A DNA stretch of 64,000 bases from an uncultured Actinomycetes bacterium (GTDB lineage Bacteria; Actinomycetota; UBA4738; HRBIN12). Made by a program: the position numbers and the translations under genes. Under the pieces are notes generated by a model. That model ran no database searches. It saw only the letters and a program-made list of their open reading frames with translations, and had not been told where the DNA came from. This document shows, piece after piece, positions 1 through 9,522 of this stretch; positions within the stretch are counted from its first letter, which is position 1, and each line of letters starts with the position of its first letter. The stretch covers positions 100,993 to 164,992 of the forward strand of contig CAVVDF010000006.1 in assembly GCA_963746995.1 (NCBI GenBank), written 5' to 3'.

Positions 1-581
1 CGTTCACCTTCCGGCTGAAGGTGTCGGTGAAGGGCTCGGTCGCGGGCCGGGTCGTGTCGACGCCGGCGGGGATCGACTGCCCGGGCACCTGCTCCGCTCC
101 CTTCGGTCTGGGCACGGTCACGCTCACGGCCACGACCGATCGCTGGTCCGGCGTCACGTGGTCGGGCGACTGCGCAGGCACCGACCCGCACGGGTGCACG
201 GTCACCATGGATCAAGCGCGGGCGGTCACGGCGACGTTCGGCGATCTCGGTCCAGGGCTCGCCACGATCACGGCGCCCGCCTCACGCACCGGTTCCGTCC
301 GCGTGTCGTTCGATCAGCCCGTCCACCACGTGAACCTCGACAACCTGTTGGTGCGGTCGCCCGGCGCCGCCAAGCTCCCCGCCCACCTCACCTGTCGCAC
401 GGGCCACGGAACCGTGACCTCCTGCGCGACCGGCAGTGTCCGCACGGCGATCCTCGACCCGATCGAGCCGCTTCGCCACTGGCAGGACTACATCGCGATC
501 GTGGATCCCGCGGGCGTGGCGCCTATCCGCGACGGCGTCGGGCGACCAACCCCTCGCACCAGTCTCTCGTTCCGGGTCTGA
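1..581 (+). CDS. 5'-partial (open to window edge) secreted repeat protein with a divergent InlB-B-repeat-like domain
   Basis: The frame of ORF 21..581 stays open back to nt 3. Motif 'GIDCPGTCSAPFxxGTxVTLTATxxxxSxxxWSGDCAGTxxxGCTVTMDQARAVTATF' matches the Cys-containing beta-repeat common in actinobacterial surface proteins. Confidence 0.5.
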   Translation, partial: FTFRLKVSVKGSVAGRVVSTPAGIDCPGTCSAPFGLGTVTLTATTDRWSGVTWSGDCAGTDPHGCTVTMDQARAVTATFGDLGPGLATITAPASRTGSVRVSFDQPVHHVNLDNLLVRSPGAAKLPAHLTCRTGHGTVTSCATGSVRTAILDPIEPLRHWQDYIAIVDPAGVAPIRDGVGRPTPRTSLSFRV

Positions 582-649
582 CCGAACCGCCTGCGGAAGG
601 CGGGACCTGCGGCGTTGCTGGACGTCTCGCGACTCGACACGATGGCGCC

Positions 650-1498
650 ATGGGCACTCCCGCACCCCACCCGATGCAGGGCATGGACGCCTTCGCGCCG
701 GCCGAGATCGCGCAGCTCGTGCGGACCCGCGGCGTCGCGAAAGCCCGCGCCTCGTTCGTGCCGACCTTCGTGCTCGGGGTCCTCGCCGGTGCCTTCATCG
801 CGCTCGGCGGCGTCTTCGCGACGCTCGTGGGAACGGACTCGGGGCTCGGATACGGCCCGACGCGATTGCTCGCCGGGATCGCGTTCTCGCTCGGACTGAT
901 CCTGGTCGTGATCGCTGGGGCGGAGCTGTTCACGGGGAACAACCTCATCGTGATGGCCGTCGCGAGCGGCCAGGCCTCGATCGGTCAGCTCCTGCGCAAC
1001 TGGGTCATCGTGTACATCGGGAACTTCGTCGGCGCGGTCTCGGTGGCCGTCATGGTCGTGTTCGCCGAGTGGTGGTCGCTCGACGATGGCGCCGTTGGCA
1101 CGACCGCGCTTGCGGCGGCTACGTCGAAGGCGGCGCTCTCGTTCTCCACGGCGTTCTGGCGGGGCGTGCTCGCCAACGCCCTCGTCTGCCTCGCGGTCTG
1201 GATCGCGACGGGCGGCCGCTCGGTGATGGACAAAGTGATCGCGATCGTGCCGCCGATCGCCGCGTTCGTGGCGAATTCGTTCGAGCACTCGGTCGCGAAC
1301 ATGTACGCACTGACCGTGGGGTTCCTGCTGAAGTCCCAAGACGCGTACGCGGCGTTCCCCGACGAGGCGCTCACGCCGGCCAACGCGCTTCGCAACCTCG
1401 CGGCCTCGACCCTCGGCAACATCGTCGGCGGTGCCCTGCTCGTCGGCGTCGTGTACTGGTTCGTCTATCTGCGACCCGCGGACACAGACGGCGAGTGA
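650..1498 (+). CDS. formate/nitrite transporter (FNT family channel)
   Basis: ATG at 650 inside ORF 158..1498. About 6 TM segments, 'AGAELFTGNN' and 'ANALVCLAVW' FNT signatures, and a conserved C-terminal 'NIVGGALLVGVVYW'. Confidence 0.85.
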   Translation: MGTPAPHPMQGMDAFAPAEIAQLVRTRGVAKARASFVPTFVLGVLAGAFIALGGVFATLVGTDSGLGYGPTRLLAGIAFSLGLILVVIAGAELFTGNNLIVMAVASGQASIGQLLRNWVIVYIGNFVGAVSVAVMVVFAEWWSLDDGAVGTTALAAATSKAALSFSTAFWRGVLANALVCLAVWIATGGRSVMDKVIAIVPPIAAFVANSFEHSVANMYALTVGFLLKSQDAYAAFPDEALTPANALRNLAASTLGNIVGGALLVGVVYWFVYLRPADTDGE

Positions 1499-1502
1499 AC
1501 CC

Positions 1503-2402
1503 GTGGCCGCCCCGGTCATCGTCGCCGATCACCTGACGAAGTCCTACGGCGCGAGCCGCGGCGTGATCGACCTTTCTTTCGAGGTCGACGCGGGCGAGGT
1601 GTTCGGGTTCCTCGGGCCCAACGGCGCCGGCAAGTCGACGACGATCCGAACGATGCTCGACTTCCTGCGACCGAACGGCGGCCAGGTCACCGTGTTCGGA
1701 CGCGTCCCGCGCGAGGATGCTCCGACGATCCACGCGCGCACTGGGTACGTGCCGGGCGAGTTCGGGCTGTACGAGCGGATGCACGTGCGGGCCTACCTCG
1801 AGGCCTTCACAGCGTTCCGCGCCGGCGCCGGTCGCGAGCAGGTCGATCCGTTGGCCGAACGGCTCGACGTCGACCTCGATCGGCCGATCCACGAGCTGTC
1901 GCACGGCAACAAGCAGAAGGTCGGCCTGATCCAGGCGTTCATGCATGAGCCCGAGCTACTCGTGCTCGACGAGCCTACCCAGGGCCTCGACCCGCTCGTG
2001 CAGCAGACCTTCTATGAACTGGTGGACGAGACGCGTGCGCGCGGAGGGACCGTCTTCTTGTCCTCGCACATCTTGCCCGAGGTCGAGCGAACGTGCGATC
2101 GCGTCGGCATCATCCGCGAGGGTCACTTGCTCACGGTCGACGATGTCGGTGACCTGAAGGCCAAAGCGTTGCGCAGCATCATCTTCCACTTCAGCATGCC
2201 AGTGGACCCGTCGACGTTCACGTCCCTCCCGTCGGTGGTCGCGGTGGAGCCGCGTGGAGACGCCCTTGCGCTCACGATCCAAGGGGAGCTCGACGAGGTG
2301 GTCAAGGAAGCGGCGCGTCACACGATCGTGAACGTCGAGACGCGCGAGCCGAGTCTCGAAGAGATCTTCCTGCGCGCCTACCGGGACGGGGAGTCCCGAT
2401 GA
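1503..2402 (+). CDS. ABC transporter ATP-binding protein (ABC-2 type exporter)
   Basis: GTG at 1503 immediately after the FNT stop. Walker A 'GPNGAGKST', ABC signature 'LSHGNKQKV', Walker B 'LLVLDEPT'. Confidence 0.85.
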   Translation: MAAPVIVADHLTKSYGASRGVIDLSFEVDAGEVFGFLGPNGAGKSTTIRTMLDFLRPNGGQVTVFGRVPREDAPTIHARTGYVPGEFGLYERMHVRAYLEAFTAFRAGAGREQVDPLAERLDVDLDRPIHELSHGNKQKVGLIQAFMHEPELLVLDEPTQGLDPLVQQTFYELVDETRARGGTVFLSSHILPEVERTCDRVGIIREGHLLTVDDVGDLKAKALRSIIFHFSMPVDPSTFTSLPSVVAVEPRGDALALTIQGELDEVVKEAARHTIVNVETREPSLEEIFLRAYRDGESR

Positions 2403-3190
2403 CCCCGCTGCTCCGTGTGTCGCTCGCGATGCAACGCCGAGCCGTGATCGGCTGGGGCATCGGCCTCGCCGCGGTTGCGGCCATGTACGCCGCCGTGTAC
2501 CCGTCGATCCAGCAGAGCGCGGGCGACTTGAACGCCTACTTGGACAAGATGCCAGACGCTTTCAAGAACGTGGTGGGTGCCAACTACACGTCGCCGGCCG
2601 GCTACCTTCGGGCGGAGCTGTTCGCGCTGCTCGGCCCGATCCTGTTCCTCGTCTACGCGGTCGGGGCGGGCGGGCGGGCGATCGCCGGGGAGGAAGAGGC
2701 GAGGTCGCTCGATCTGCTGCTGTCGACACCTATGCCGCGGGCACGAGTCGTGCGGGAGAAGGCGATCGCGATCGCGATCGCGATGACGGGGTTGACCTTC
2801 TTCCTGTTCGTCGTGGTGATCGCGATCGGGAGACCGTTCGACCTCGTCGTTCCCGTTGCCGACGTCGGGGCAGCGTGTTTGATGCTGCTGTTGATGGGGC
2901 TCACGTTCGCGGCGCTCGCACTCGCTGTTGGCTGCGCCACTGGCCGCAAGGCGTGGGCGTACGGGGTGACGGGGGTGATCGCGGTCACCACGTACGTGTT
3001 GAACGCCCTGGCGCCGAGCGTCGATGCACTTCACTGGACCCGGCCGCTCTCGCCCTTCCGCTGGTATCTCGAACCTGATCCGCTCACGACCGGGGTGCAT
3101 CCCGTGAATATTGCCGTGCTCATCGTCATCACCGGCGTGTGTACGGCCGCCGCGGTTTGGGCGTTCCGTCGGCGCGATCTCGCCGCCTAG
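2399..3190 (+). CDS. ABC-2 family transporter permease
   Basis: ATGA start/stop overlap with the upstream ATPase. The protein is polytopic and hydrophobic (6 predicted TM). Confidence 0.75.
   Translation: MTPLLRVSLAMQRRAVIGWGIGLAAVAAMYAAVYPSIQQSAGDLNAYLDKMPDAFKNVVGANYTSPAGYLRAELFALLGPILFLVYAVGAGGRAIAGEEEARSLDLLLSTPMPRARVVREKAIAIAIAMTGLTFFLFVVVIAIGRPFDLVVPVADVGAACLMLLLMGLTFAALALAVGCATGRKAWAYGVTGVIAVTTYVLNALAPSVDALHWTRPLSPFRWYLEPDPLTTGVHPVNIAVLIVITGVCTAAAVWAFRRRDLAA
2761..2784 (+). repeat. in-frame hexanucleotide microsatellite (GCGATC)3-4 encoding AIAIAIAM inside the permease gene
   Basis: Direct tandem repeat visible in the sequence. Confidence 0.6.
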
Positions 3191-3912
3191 TCGGGCATCG
3201 TTGCGACCAAGCGCAGACGATCTGCGGTCGCCTGGAAAGGCCGCAACTCCTCGTCGAGCGCCTGGAACGAGACGAATCCGACCTCTGACAGGAGTTCCAT
3301 CAGCTCGACGAGCGTGTAGACACGGACTGTCGAAGTCTGCCTCGTCGTCTCGCCCTCGCGCGCGAACGTCCACGTGGTCGCGATCCGGCGCTCGCGCTCG
3401 TCATAGCGCCTCGATTCCCGCACGTGGATATCGGCGACGTCCCACTCTGCTTCGGCCACGAACCTCGGCAAGATACTGTCGGCGACGAAGGTGTCGATCA
3501 GGTAGCGCCCCCCGGGGACCAACGACGCTGCCGCGGCATCCACCTGCGCCCGGTTGTCCTCCTCGTCGAAGTAGCCGAACGAGCCCCACCAGCACAGCGC
3601 CGCGTCGAACCCTCCCCGGGCCACGACCCGGGTGCGCATGTCGGCGCGAACCACGGGGACGCCCGCAGCGGCGGCCTCCACGAGGAATGCGGGGGTCGCG
3701 TCGATCCCGACGACCCGGCAGCCGCGAGCGCGCAGGCGCCGCGCAAGCCTGCCCGTGCCGCACGGCACATCGAGCACCCGGGCGCCTGGAGCCAGCGCAA
3801 GGGCACGCCACACCTGATCCGCGTCCACGTCGCCGTCGTCCGCGTCCTCCCATGCGAGCTGGAGGGCTTGCCACGCAGGCGATGCGAACATGTCCTGCCA
3901 CCACTCCATCAC
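3187..3912 (-). CDS. class I SAM-dependent methyltransferase
   Basis: Motif I 'VLDVPCGTGRLARRL' followed by an acidic motif II 'VGID'. Length is 241 aa. Confidence 0.75.
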   Translation of the reverse strand: MMEWWQDMFASPAWQALQLAWEDADDGDVDADQVWRALALAPGARVLDVPCGTGRLARRLRARGCRVVGIDATPAFLVEAAAAGVPVVRADMRTRVVARGGFDAALCWWGSFGYFDEEDNRAQVDAAAASLVPGGRYLIDTFVADSILPRFVAEAEWDVADIHVRESRRYDERERRIATTWTFAREGETTRQTSTVRVYTLVELMELLSEVGFVSFQALDEELRPFQATADRLRLVATMPD

Positions 3913-4010
3913 GTGAGGCTACCGACCATCGACCGATGGTCGCCACCGGGATCTGCTGGCATGCTTGGTGGCCGCGCCGCACAGAATGGCGTGGATAAGG
4001 GGGGATACCG

Positions 4011-4952
4011 ATGCGACGCATCACACGCCGTTTGGCACTGACTGCGCTGGCCGTCGCGATGGTCCTTGCCACCGCGGGGATCGCGCAGGCGCAGGGCGAG
4101 CTCGATCGTGGCCACAGCGGGATCGCCACCGTTCGCGGGGTCAAGCCGCGGTTCTTCGGGGCGAGCAACTCGGTCCTGCACTACCACGGCGGCGAGATCA
4201 TGCACACCAACACGACGTTCGCGATCTACTGGTCGCCATCCGGCAGTACCTGGCAGTCCGGCTACACCGGCGCGATCAACGACTACTTCCACGACGTGGC
4301 CGCCGCCAGCGGCGCGGGCGACAACGTCTATTCGCCGTTGTCGCAGTACTTCGGCACGAACGGCTACGTCGCCTATCGGTCGCACTTCGCCGGCTCCTAC
4401 ACAGACACACGACCGTTTCCCGCGAATGGATGCCCGACCTACGACGATCTCGACGTCTGCCTCACCGACGCGCAGATCATCGACGAGGTGCACCACGTCA
4501 CCGACCTGCTCGACCTGCCGGAGAACAACACGCACGGCTACTTCGTGTTCCTGCCGAAGTCGATCGGCACGTGCTTCGACGAGGCCGGCACCGTCTGCGC
4601 CTTCGACTACTTCTGCGCCTACCACGGCTGGGACGGCGACGCGATCTACGCGAACATGCCCTACGCCGCGACGATGCCGCAAGGCTGCGGCCTGACCGGT
4701 GCAACAGGCAGGGACGCCGACGCGACGATCAACGTCACGAGCCACGAGCACCGAGAGATGATCAACGACCCCTACGGCGAGGGCTGGTGGGACAACAAGG
4801 GGTACGAAGGCTCCGACAAGTGCGCGTGGACGTTCGGACCGGTCGTCACAAGCGCGAGCGGTCCGTACAACAACGTGATCAACGGCGAGTCGTACCTGCT
4901 GCAGCGAGAATGGTCCAACGCCACGAAACGCTGCGTCCAGCGCGGCGTCTGA
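4011..4952 (+). CDS. secreted Cys-rich protein, PHI-1/EXORDIUM-like (Pfam Phi_1-type) family
   Basis: Strong SD (AAGGGGGG) 6 nt before the ATG. Signal peptide 'MRRITRRLALTALAVAMVLATAGIAQA'. Family motifs 'LHYHGGEIMHTNTTFAIYWSP', 'KCAWTFGP' and 'YNNVINGESYLLQREW' resemble the YHGGP...NLIWYG / CAWPF / YLLP blocks of plant EXORDIUM proteins. The family call comes from recalled motifs, not from a search. Confidence 0.6.
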   Translation: MRRITRRLALTALAVAMVLATAGIAQAQGELDRGHSGIATVRGVKPRFFGASNSVLHYHGGEIMHTNTTFAIYWSPSGSTWQSGYTGAINDYFHDVAAASGAGDNVYSPLSQYFGTNGYVAYRSHFAGSYTDTRPFPANGCPTYDDLDVCLTDAQIIDEVHHVTDLLDLPENNTHGYFVFLPKSIGTCFDEAGTVCAFDYFCAYHGWDGDAIYANMPYAATMPQGCGLTGATGRDADATINVTSHEHREMINDPYGEGWWDNKGYEGSDKCAWTFGPVVTSASGPYNNVINGESYLLQREWSNATKRCVQRGV

Positions 4953-4960
4953 GCAGATCG

Positions 4961-4988
4961 GGCGAGGGAGCCGCTCGGCTCCCTCGCC
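4961..4988. terminator. bidirectional GC-rich hairpin terminator between convergent genes
   Basis: Perfect 12-bp inverted repeat ggcgagggagcc-gctc-ggctccctcgcc, placed exactly between the stop at 4952 (+) and the stop at 4989 (-). Confidence 0.55.
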
Positions 4989-5858
4989 TCATCCCAGGGC
5001 GATCAGCCCCACACCGACGAACGCCGTGACCACGCCGGCGGTTTGGAGCCGCGACAGCCGCTCGTGGAGGAAGCTGCGGGCGAGCAGAACCGTCGACACC
5101 GGGTAGAGCGACCCCAACACCGACACCAGGGCGAGCATCCCGGTCTGTGCCGCCAGCGCGAACGTAACGTTCGCCACGTTGTCGAAGGCGCCGATCCCGA
5201 CGAGGACACCGGCCTCGCGGAGGTTCGGCATCCGTTCGTGACGCCGCCACATCACGGCGACGACGATCAAGATCGGCACCGAGGTCAGCCGGACGACGAA
5301 GGCGGCCCACCAAGCGTTCCCATGACCGGCGGCGCTAAGCGACACCACCAGCAACCCCAGGAACACCGCAGCCACCAACGCAAGGAGGAACCCGGGCCCT
5401 CGCCAGCCTCGGCGCTCCGGCGGTTCCTCGCCGCCTTCGATGTCGGTGGGATCGGCCTCGCGCGCCGCCAGGATGATCCCCGTAATGGCACATGCCATCC
5501 CGACCCATTGCAGTGGGGCCGGGCGATCGCCCGTCGCGATCCCGATCAGCACAGGCACCATCACCGACAGCGACGCCGTTGGCGCGACCACGCTCATCGG
5601 CCCGATCGAGAGCCCTTGGTAGAGGGCTGCCAGCCCGATCGTGCCGGTCAGCCCGCCCAGGGCGCCGAACATCAGGTAGCGCGTCTCGGGCATCGGCTGG
5701 GCGAGGACAACGATCAGCAGGCCCGTAATCACGAGACCGGCGAACTGCGCGATCGCCATCACGAGAAGGACGCCGAGCCTGCGCGTCATCAGCCCGCCGA
5801 GGAAGTCCCCCGTTCCCCACGCGAGCCCGGAGACCAGTGCGAGCGCGAATGCACCCAC
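4989..5858 (-). CDS. EamA/DMT family transporter
   Basis: C-terminal 290 aa of ORF 4989..6437, about 10 TM. GTG start at 5858, 2 nt after the stop of the upstream amidohydrolase fragment. Confidence 0.7.
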   Translation of the reverse strand: MGAFALALVSGLAWGTGDFLGGLMTRRLGVLLVMAIAQFAGLVITGLLIVVLAQPMPETRYLMFGALGGLTGTIGLAALYQGLSIGPMSVVAPTASLSVMVPVLIGIATGDRPAPLQWVGMACAITGIILAAREADPTDIEGGEEPPERRGWRGPGFLLALVAAVFLGLLVVSLSAAGHGNAWWAAFVVRLTSVPILIVVAVMWRRHERMPNLREAGVLVGIGAFDNVANVTFALAAQTGMLALVSVLGSLYPVSTVLLARSFLHERLSRLQTAGVVTAFVGVGLIALG

Positions 5859-5860
5859 GC

Positions 5861-7062
5861 TTAGACGACCCGGACGCCGTCTTTCCAGACCTGATCGATG
5901 CGATCCTTCAGCGTCTCGAACGCGAACGGGTCGCCGTCGATCACGACCACGTCGGCGATCTTGCCTGGCTCGAGCGAGCCGAGTCGATCGGCCCAGCCCA
6001 TCAGCTCGGCGGCGGACAGCGTCGTCGCATGCAGCGCTTGTTCCGGCGTGAAGCCATTGTTCGCCATGTGCAGCGAGCTCGTTCAGGTTCCAGCCGTGCG
6101 GCATCACTGCGGCGTCGGTCCCCATCGCGACTTTGACCCCCGCCTCGGCTGCGAGCCGCATCGCGTCGAACTCCGGCCGACCGAGGCCTTTGAACTTCGC
6201 GCGGATCTCAGGTGCGAGCTTCTCGTCGTTGGCGAGCTCCTCGGTGGTGTCGCCGGCGGTGAGCGTCGGCACGAGCCAGGTGCCGCGCTCGACCATCATC
6301 TCGGCGGACTCCTGGTCGAGGTAGGTCCCGTGCTCGATCGAACGCACGCCGGCACGAACCGCGCGCTTGATGCCCTCGGGCCCGTGCGCGTGCGACATCA
6401 CCCACCGGTCGAGGTCGGCGGCGGTCTTCACGATCATGTCCAGCTCGTCCTGCGCGTAATGCGGGATGCATCGGATCGTCCGCCGGCGAGAAGAATCCGC
6501 CGCTCGAGGCGATCTTGATCACGTCGGCCCCGGCGCGGATCACCTCACGCACCTTCTGACGCACGCCGTCGATGCCGTCGCACACGCCGTCCGGGAATCC
6601 CGGGTAGGGTAGCCAGCCCGCCGTGACGCCGCCGCTCGTCAGCACCTCGTCGTTGTGGCCTGCGGTCTGGCTCAACATCGTCACCGCGATCTGCATCCGC
6701 GGACCCACCAGCACCCCGTCTTGGACCGCCTGACGGAGCCCAGCGTCGGCGCCACCGGCATCCCGCACGCTCGTGATCCCGAGCGCGATCGTCGTCAGGA
6801 GGTTCTTGGGTGTCTGGTAGAAGCCATAGCTGAACGGCCGGTGCTGGATCGTGAGCTCGTCGTCTTCGTAGGTCCCCGTCAGGTGCACGTGGCAATCGAA
6901 GAGTCCGGGCAGCACCGCCTTGCCCGTGCAGTCGACGCCCTCGTCGCCGTCCAGGCCCGGGCCGACCTCGACGATGCGCCCATCGTCGATCACCACGTCG
7001 GCCTCGGCGAGCGGCGCCATGGTCCCGTCGAAGACCTTCCCGCCGTGGAACACCCTCCTCAT
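5861..7062 (-). pseudogene. amidohydrolase family protein, paralog of the downstream copy, with two frame disruptions
   Basis: The N-terminal 190 aa (ORF 6208..7062, 'MRRVFHGGKVFDGTMAP...') align with the intact copy. Two further pieces ('VMSHAHGPEGIKRAVRAGVRSIEHG', and ORF 5861..6067 'TPEQALHATTLSAAELMG...WKDGVRVV') lie in other frames. Confidence 0.65.
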
Positions 7063-8276
7063 CGCAGCACCTTCCCGTTCTCGGCGACGAGCACGCCGTC
7101 TTTCCAGACCTGCCGGACACGTTCACGAAGGGTCGACACATCGAGCGCGTCGCCGTCGAGCACGACCAGATCGGCACGCAGTCCCGGCGCCAACGACCCC
7201 AGCTCGCCGTCGAGGCCCATGAGCTCCGCGCCGCTGCTGGTCGTCGCGACGAGCGCCTGCTGCGGAGTGAGTCCGCAGTCCACAAGCAGCGCGACCTCAC
7301 GCAGGTTCGCGCCGTGCGGAGCGACCCCGCTGTCGGTGCCCATCGCGATCCGCACGCCCGCATCGATCGCACGGCGGATCGCGTCGCGATGGGTGTCGAC
7401 CAGTTCGCGCGCCTTGGCGACCGACGACGCCGGGATCGACGCACCGGCGTCGGCGGCGTCGATCACCCCGCGTGGTGCGACCAAGGTTGGGACGAGCCAG
7501 GTGCCGCGTTCGAGCATCAGCGCGATGCCCTCCTCGTCGAGGAAGATGCCATGGTCGATCGAGCGCACCCCGGCACGCACCGCGTTCTTGATCCCCTCGG
7601 CGCCTTGCGCGTGCGCCATCACCCAGATGCCGGCGGCAGCCGCTTCGGCGACGATCTCGTCGAGCTCGTCGGGGCGGAAGTGCGGATGCCGCGGATCGTC
7701 GTCGGGCGACAGGACACCGCCCGAGGTGGCGACCTTGATCACGTCCGCCCCCGCGCGGATCATCTCCCGGACCTTGCGGCGCACCGCGTCGGGTCCATCG
7801 ACGATGCCGCTCGGCATGCCTGGCCACAGGACCTCGAGATCCGTTCCGCTGCGGAGCCATCCGTCCGCATGCCCGCCCGTCTGCGACAGCATCGTGACGC
7901 TGATCTGCATCCGGGGCCCCGGGACGAGGCCCTCGTCGACCGCTCGTTTGACACCCGCGTCGGCACCCATCGCGTCGCGGATCGTGGTGATGCCGGTGGC
8001 GAGCGTCGACGCGAGGTTCCGCTCCGCGTCGTAGAACATGAACGAGAAGGGCTTCACGAGCGCTTCGACCCAGTCGAGCGACGAGAACATCACGTGCGTG
8101 TGACAGTCGAACAGACCCGGCAGCAGCGTCGCGCCGTTGCACTCCACTGCCACGTCGCCGTCGAGGCCCGGCCCGACGTCCACGATCCGGCCGTCCTCGA
8201 TCGCCACATCGGCGTCGGTGATCGGCGCCATCGTGCCGTCGAAGACCTTCCCCCCGTGGAACACGGTGCGCGCCAT
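7059..8276 (-). CDS. metal-dependent amidohydrolase (imidazolonepropionase/prolidase-like superfamily)
   Basis: Intact 405 aa. 'LLPGLFDCHTHV' (HxH metal site), 'AHAQGAEG' and 'MGTDSGV'. ATGA overlap with the downstream paralog. Confidence 0.85.
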   Translation of the reverse strand: MARTVFHGGKVFDGTMAPITDADVAIEDGRIVDVGPGLDGDVAVECNGATLLPGLFDCHTHVMFSSLDWVEALVKPFSFMFYDAERNLASTLATGITTIRDAMGADAGVKRAVDEGLVPGPRMQISVTMLSQTGGHADGWLRSGTDLEVLWPGMPSGIVDGPDAVRRKVREMIRAGADVIKVATSGGVLSPDDDPRHPHFRPDELDEIVAEAAAAGIWVMAHAQGAEGIKNAVRAGVRSIDHGIFLDEEGIALMLERGTWLVPTLVAPRGVIDAADAGASIPASSVAKARELVDTHRDAIRRAIDAGVRIAMGTDSGVAPHGANLREVALLVDCGLTPQQALVATTSSGAELMGLDGELGSLAPGLRADLVVLDGDALDVSTLRERVRQVWKDGVLVAENGKVLR

Positions 8277-8343
8277 CGTTCACGCTCCCCCTGCGCTCGA
8301 CCCTAGACTGCCGCGCGAACCCTACCCGAAGGAGCGATCACCG

Positions 8344-9522
8344 GTGGACATGCGACTGACCGCGGCCGACGCCGAGCTCCAGGCGGCGGCCCGGCGCTTC
8401 GCCGACGAGGTGCTGCAGCCCCTCGAGGCCGAGTGCGAGGAGCACGACGGCCTCTCGCCGGCGAGCGCGGCGTCGGCCAAGCAGGCGGTGCTCGACCACG
8501 GGTTCGCCGCGATCAACCACACCGTCGCCGACGGCGGCCTGGGGTACGACACCTTCCAGGTGATGCTGATCGAGGAGCAGTGGGGGCGCGTGACGAACGC
8601 CCTGTGGGACATCCCGTGGCGCCCCTCGATCCCGCTCGCGGCCGGCACCGATGCGCAGAAGGAACGGTTCCTCCGGCCCGCGTGCCGCGGCGAGCGGCGC
8701 GACGCCTATGCGATCACGGAGGATGGCGCCGGTTCCGACGTCTCGATGGTCGCGACCACGGCGCGGCGCGACGGCGACGTGTGGGTGCTCGACGGCGAGA
8801 AGTGGCATGTGACGAGCGGCGACGTCGCCGACTTCTTCCTGGTCCACGCACACGTCGACGGCGACCCGGCGAAGGCGACGATCTTCCTGGTGGACAAGGA
8901 CACGCCCGGCGTCCGGCTGGTGCGGACGCCGAAGTACACGCACACGTTCGTGTTCGAGCACCCGATCTTCGCGTTCGAGGGCGTCCGCGTCGGGGACGAC
9001 CGCGTGCTCGGCCAGGTCGGACAAGGCTTCGACCTGACGAAGGACTGGTTCGTCGAGGAGCGGCTGATGATCGGCGCCCGCACGGTGGGCGCGTCACAGC
9101 GGTGTCTCGACGAGGCGCTCGCGTTCGCGGAAGGACGGCGCCAGTTCGGCCGGCCGATCGCCGACTTCCAGGCGATCTCGTTCATGCTCGCCGACATGGC
9201 GGTGGAGCTGATGGCCGCGAAGTCGCTGCTGTACCGCGTCTGCTGGGAGGCGGCCCGCGGAGGGATCGACCGCAAGCAACTGCACGCCGAGGCAAGCGCG
9301 GTGAAGCTCCTGTGTTCCGAGACCGCCGGGCGGATCGCCGATCGCGCGGTCCAGATCTTCGGCGGGCGCGGGTACATGCGCGAGCAGGCCGTCGAGCGGC
9401 ACTGGCGCGAGCTCCGCGTCGACCGCATCTGGGAGGGCACGAGCGAGATCCAGCGGCTGGTCGTGGCGAACGAGCTCCGCAAGCGGGGGCCGGGCGCCTA
9501 CGCCGGGTGGCCGGTCACTTGA
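8344..9522 (+). CDS. acyl-CoA dehydrogenase family protein
   Basis: SD GAAGGAG 9 nt upstream of GTG 8344 (alternative ATG at 8350). ACAD motifs 'YAITEDGAGSDV' and 'QIFGGRGYMRE'. Confidence 0.85.
   Translation: MDMRLTAADAELQAAARRFADEVLQPLEAECEEHDGLSPASAASAKQAVLDHGFAAINHTVADGGLGYDTFQVMLIEEQWGRVTNALWDIPWRPSIPLAAGTDAQKERFLRPACRGERRDAYAITEDGAGSDVSMVATTARRDGDVWVLDGEKWHVTSGDVADFFLVHAHVDGDPAKATIFLVDKDTPGVRLVRTPKYTHTFVFEHPIFAFEGVRVGDDRVLGQVGQGFDLTKDWFVEERLMIGARTVGASQRCLDEALAFAEGRRQFGRPIADFQAISFMLADMAVELMAAKSLLYRVCWEAARGGIDRKQLHAEASAVKLLCSETAGRIADRAVQIFGGRGYMREQAVERHWRELRVDRIWEGTSEIQRLVVANELRKRGPGAYAGWPVT

Noticed and set aside
488-1519. Long antisense or alternative-frame ORFs overlapping real genes (e.g. 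488..1519-, 436..1536+, 2378..3373-, 3111..3998+, 3401..4168-, 15271..16197-, the N-terminal part of 15489..16763+, 24641..25657+, 34954..36251-, and many others)
   Set aside because: Arg/Pro/Ala-rich low-complexity translations with no domain signatures. They are the typical shadow ORFs of about 70% GC DNA opposite or out of frame with conserved genes.
2761-2784. Possible CRISPR array
   Set aside because: Only a 6-nt in-frame microsatellite. No repeat-spacer architecture exists anywhere in the window.
4989-6437. 482-aa ORF that looks like an amidohydrolase-transporter fusion
   Set aside because: It is the EamA transporter gene plus an out-of-frame middle fragment of the frameshifted amidohydrolase pseudogene read through in the same frame. 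The transporter has its own GTG start at 5858, right after the amidohydrolase stop at 5861-5863.
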